Shown: positions 63,852-64,000 of the stretch, one piece after another
Position numbering within the stretch: position 1 is the first letter of the stretch
Layout: the number at the start of each line of letters is the position of its first letter
NCBI GenBank assembly: GCA_964497495.1
Contig: CAZCCZ010000002.1
Location: 72,134 to 136,133, forward strand
Direction: 5' to 3'
DNA: 64,000 bases
Source: an uncultured Oscillospiraceae bacterium
GTDB taxonomy: Bacteria; Bacillota; Clostridia; Christensenellales; Aristaeellaceae
Notes under the pieces: generated by a model
Databases searched by the model: none
What the model saw: only the letters and a program-made list of their open reading frames with translations
Told to the model about the DNA's origin: nothing
Position numbers and translations under genes: made by a program

Positions 63852-64000
63852 ATGGGCGCGTACGTATTGGGCGTCGACGTAGGCACTTCCGCCTGCAAGG
63901 CCGCGCTGTTCGACCTGAACGGCGCGGCGGTGGCGCAGGGGGTTGGCGAATACCCCGTGTGCTATCCGCGCGCCGGTTGGGCGGAGCAGCGCCCGGAAGA
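63852..64000 (+). CDS. FGGY carbohydrate kinase, xylulokinase-like (3' end outside window)
   Basis: VLGVDVGTSACKAALFD ... GWAEQRPE N-terminal FGGY signature. Confidence 0.8.
   Translation, partial: MGAYVLGVDVGTSACKAALFDLNGAAVAQGVGEYPVCYPRAGWAEQRPE

Overview
This is a 64-kb segment of a high-GC, Clostridia-like chromosome, with Gram-positive Shine-Dalgarno sequences and many TTGACA-17-TAnAAT promoters. Most of it is ordinary uptake and catabolism. It holds a YesM/YesN-type two-component system flanking a CUT1 ABC transporter (1.7-7.8 kb) and a 7-gene ribose operon of LacI regulator, hydrolase and rbsBACDK (8.8-15.7 kb). It also holds a livJHMGF-type operon with an attenuator-like leader (16.1-21.5 kb). 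A LacI-controlled glycyl-radical-enzyme locus follows (22.4-32.7 kb), with activase, rhamnulokinase-like kinase, CUT2 ABC transporter and class II aldolase. Further on are two paralogous FAD-dependent oxidoreductases with an ~850-aa unknown protein and a CUT1 transporter (38.7-47.4 kb). Next is a group of 2-hydroxyacid dehydrogenase, IclR regulator, TIM-barrel protein, TPP enzyme and LarA-like protein (47.8-53.9 kb). The last cluster has fucI, a class II aldolase, a CUT2 transporter, a LacI regulator, a class II FBP-type aldolase and an FGGY kinase (54.1-64 kb). The stand-out is a ~5.3-kb low-GC integrative element (32.87-38.21 kb) inserted in tRNA-Arg(CCT). It carries a tyrosine integrase, a small serine recombinase and a Rep_trans-like protein. 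Its only cargo is a stand-alone 380-aa SIR2-like protein, a candidate minimal NADase defence module. Unusually, the element replaces the promoter and 5' half of the tRNA and leaves the native promoter plus 5' half orphaned at the left junction. A third att-like fragment forms the 3' end of the SIR2-like ORF. All functional calls come from motif recognition by eye; no database search, fold prediction or RNA-folding program was run.
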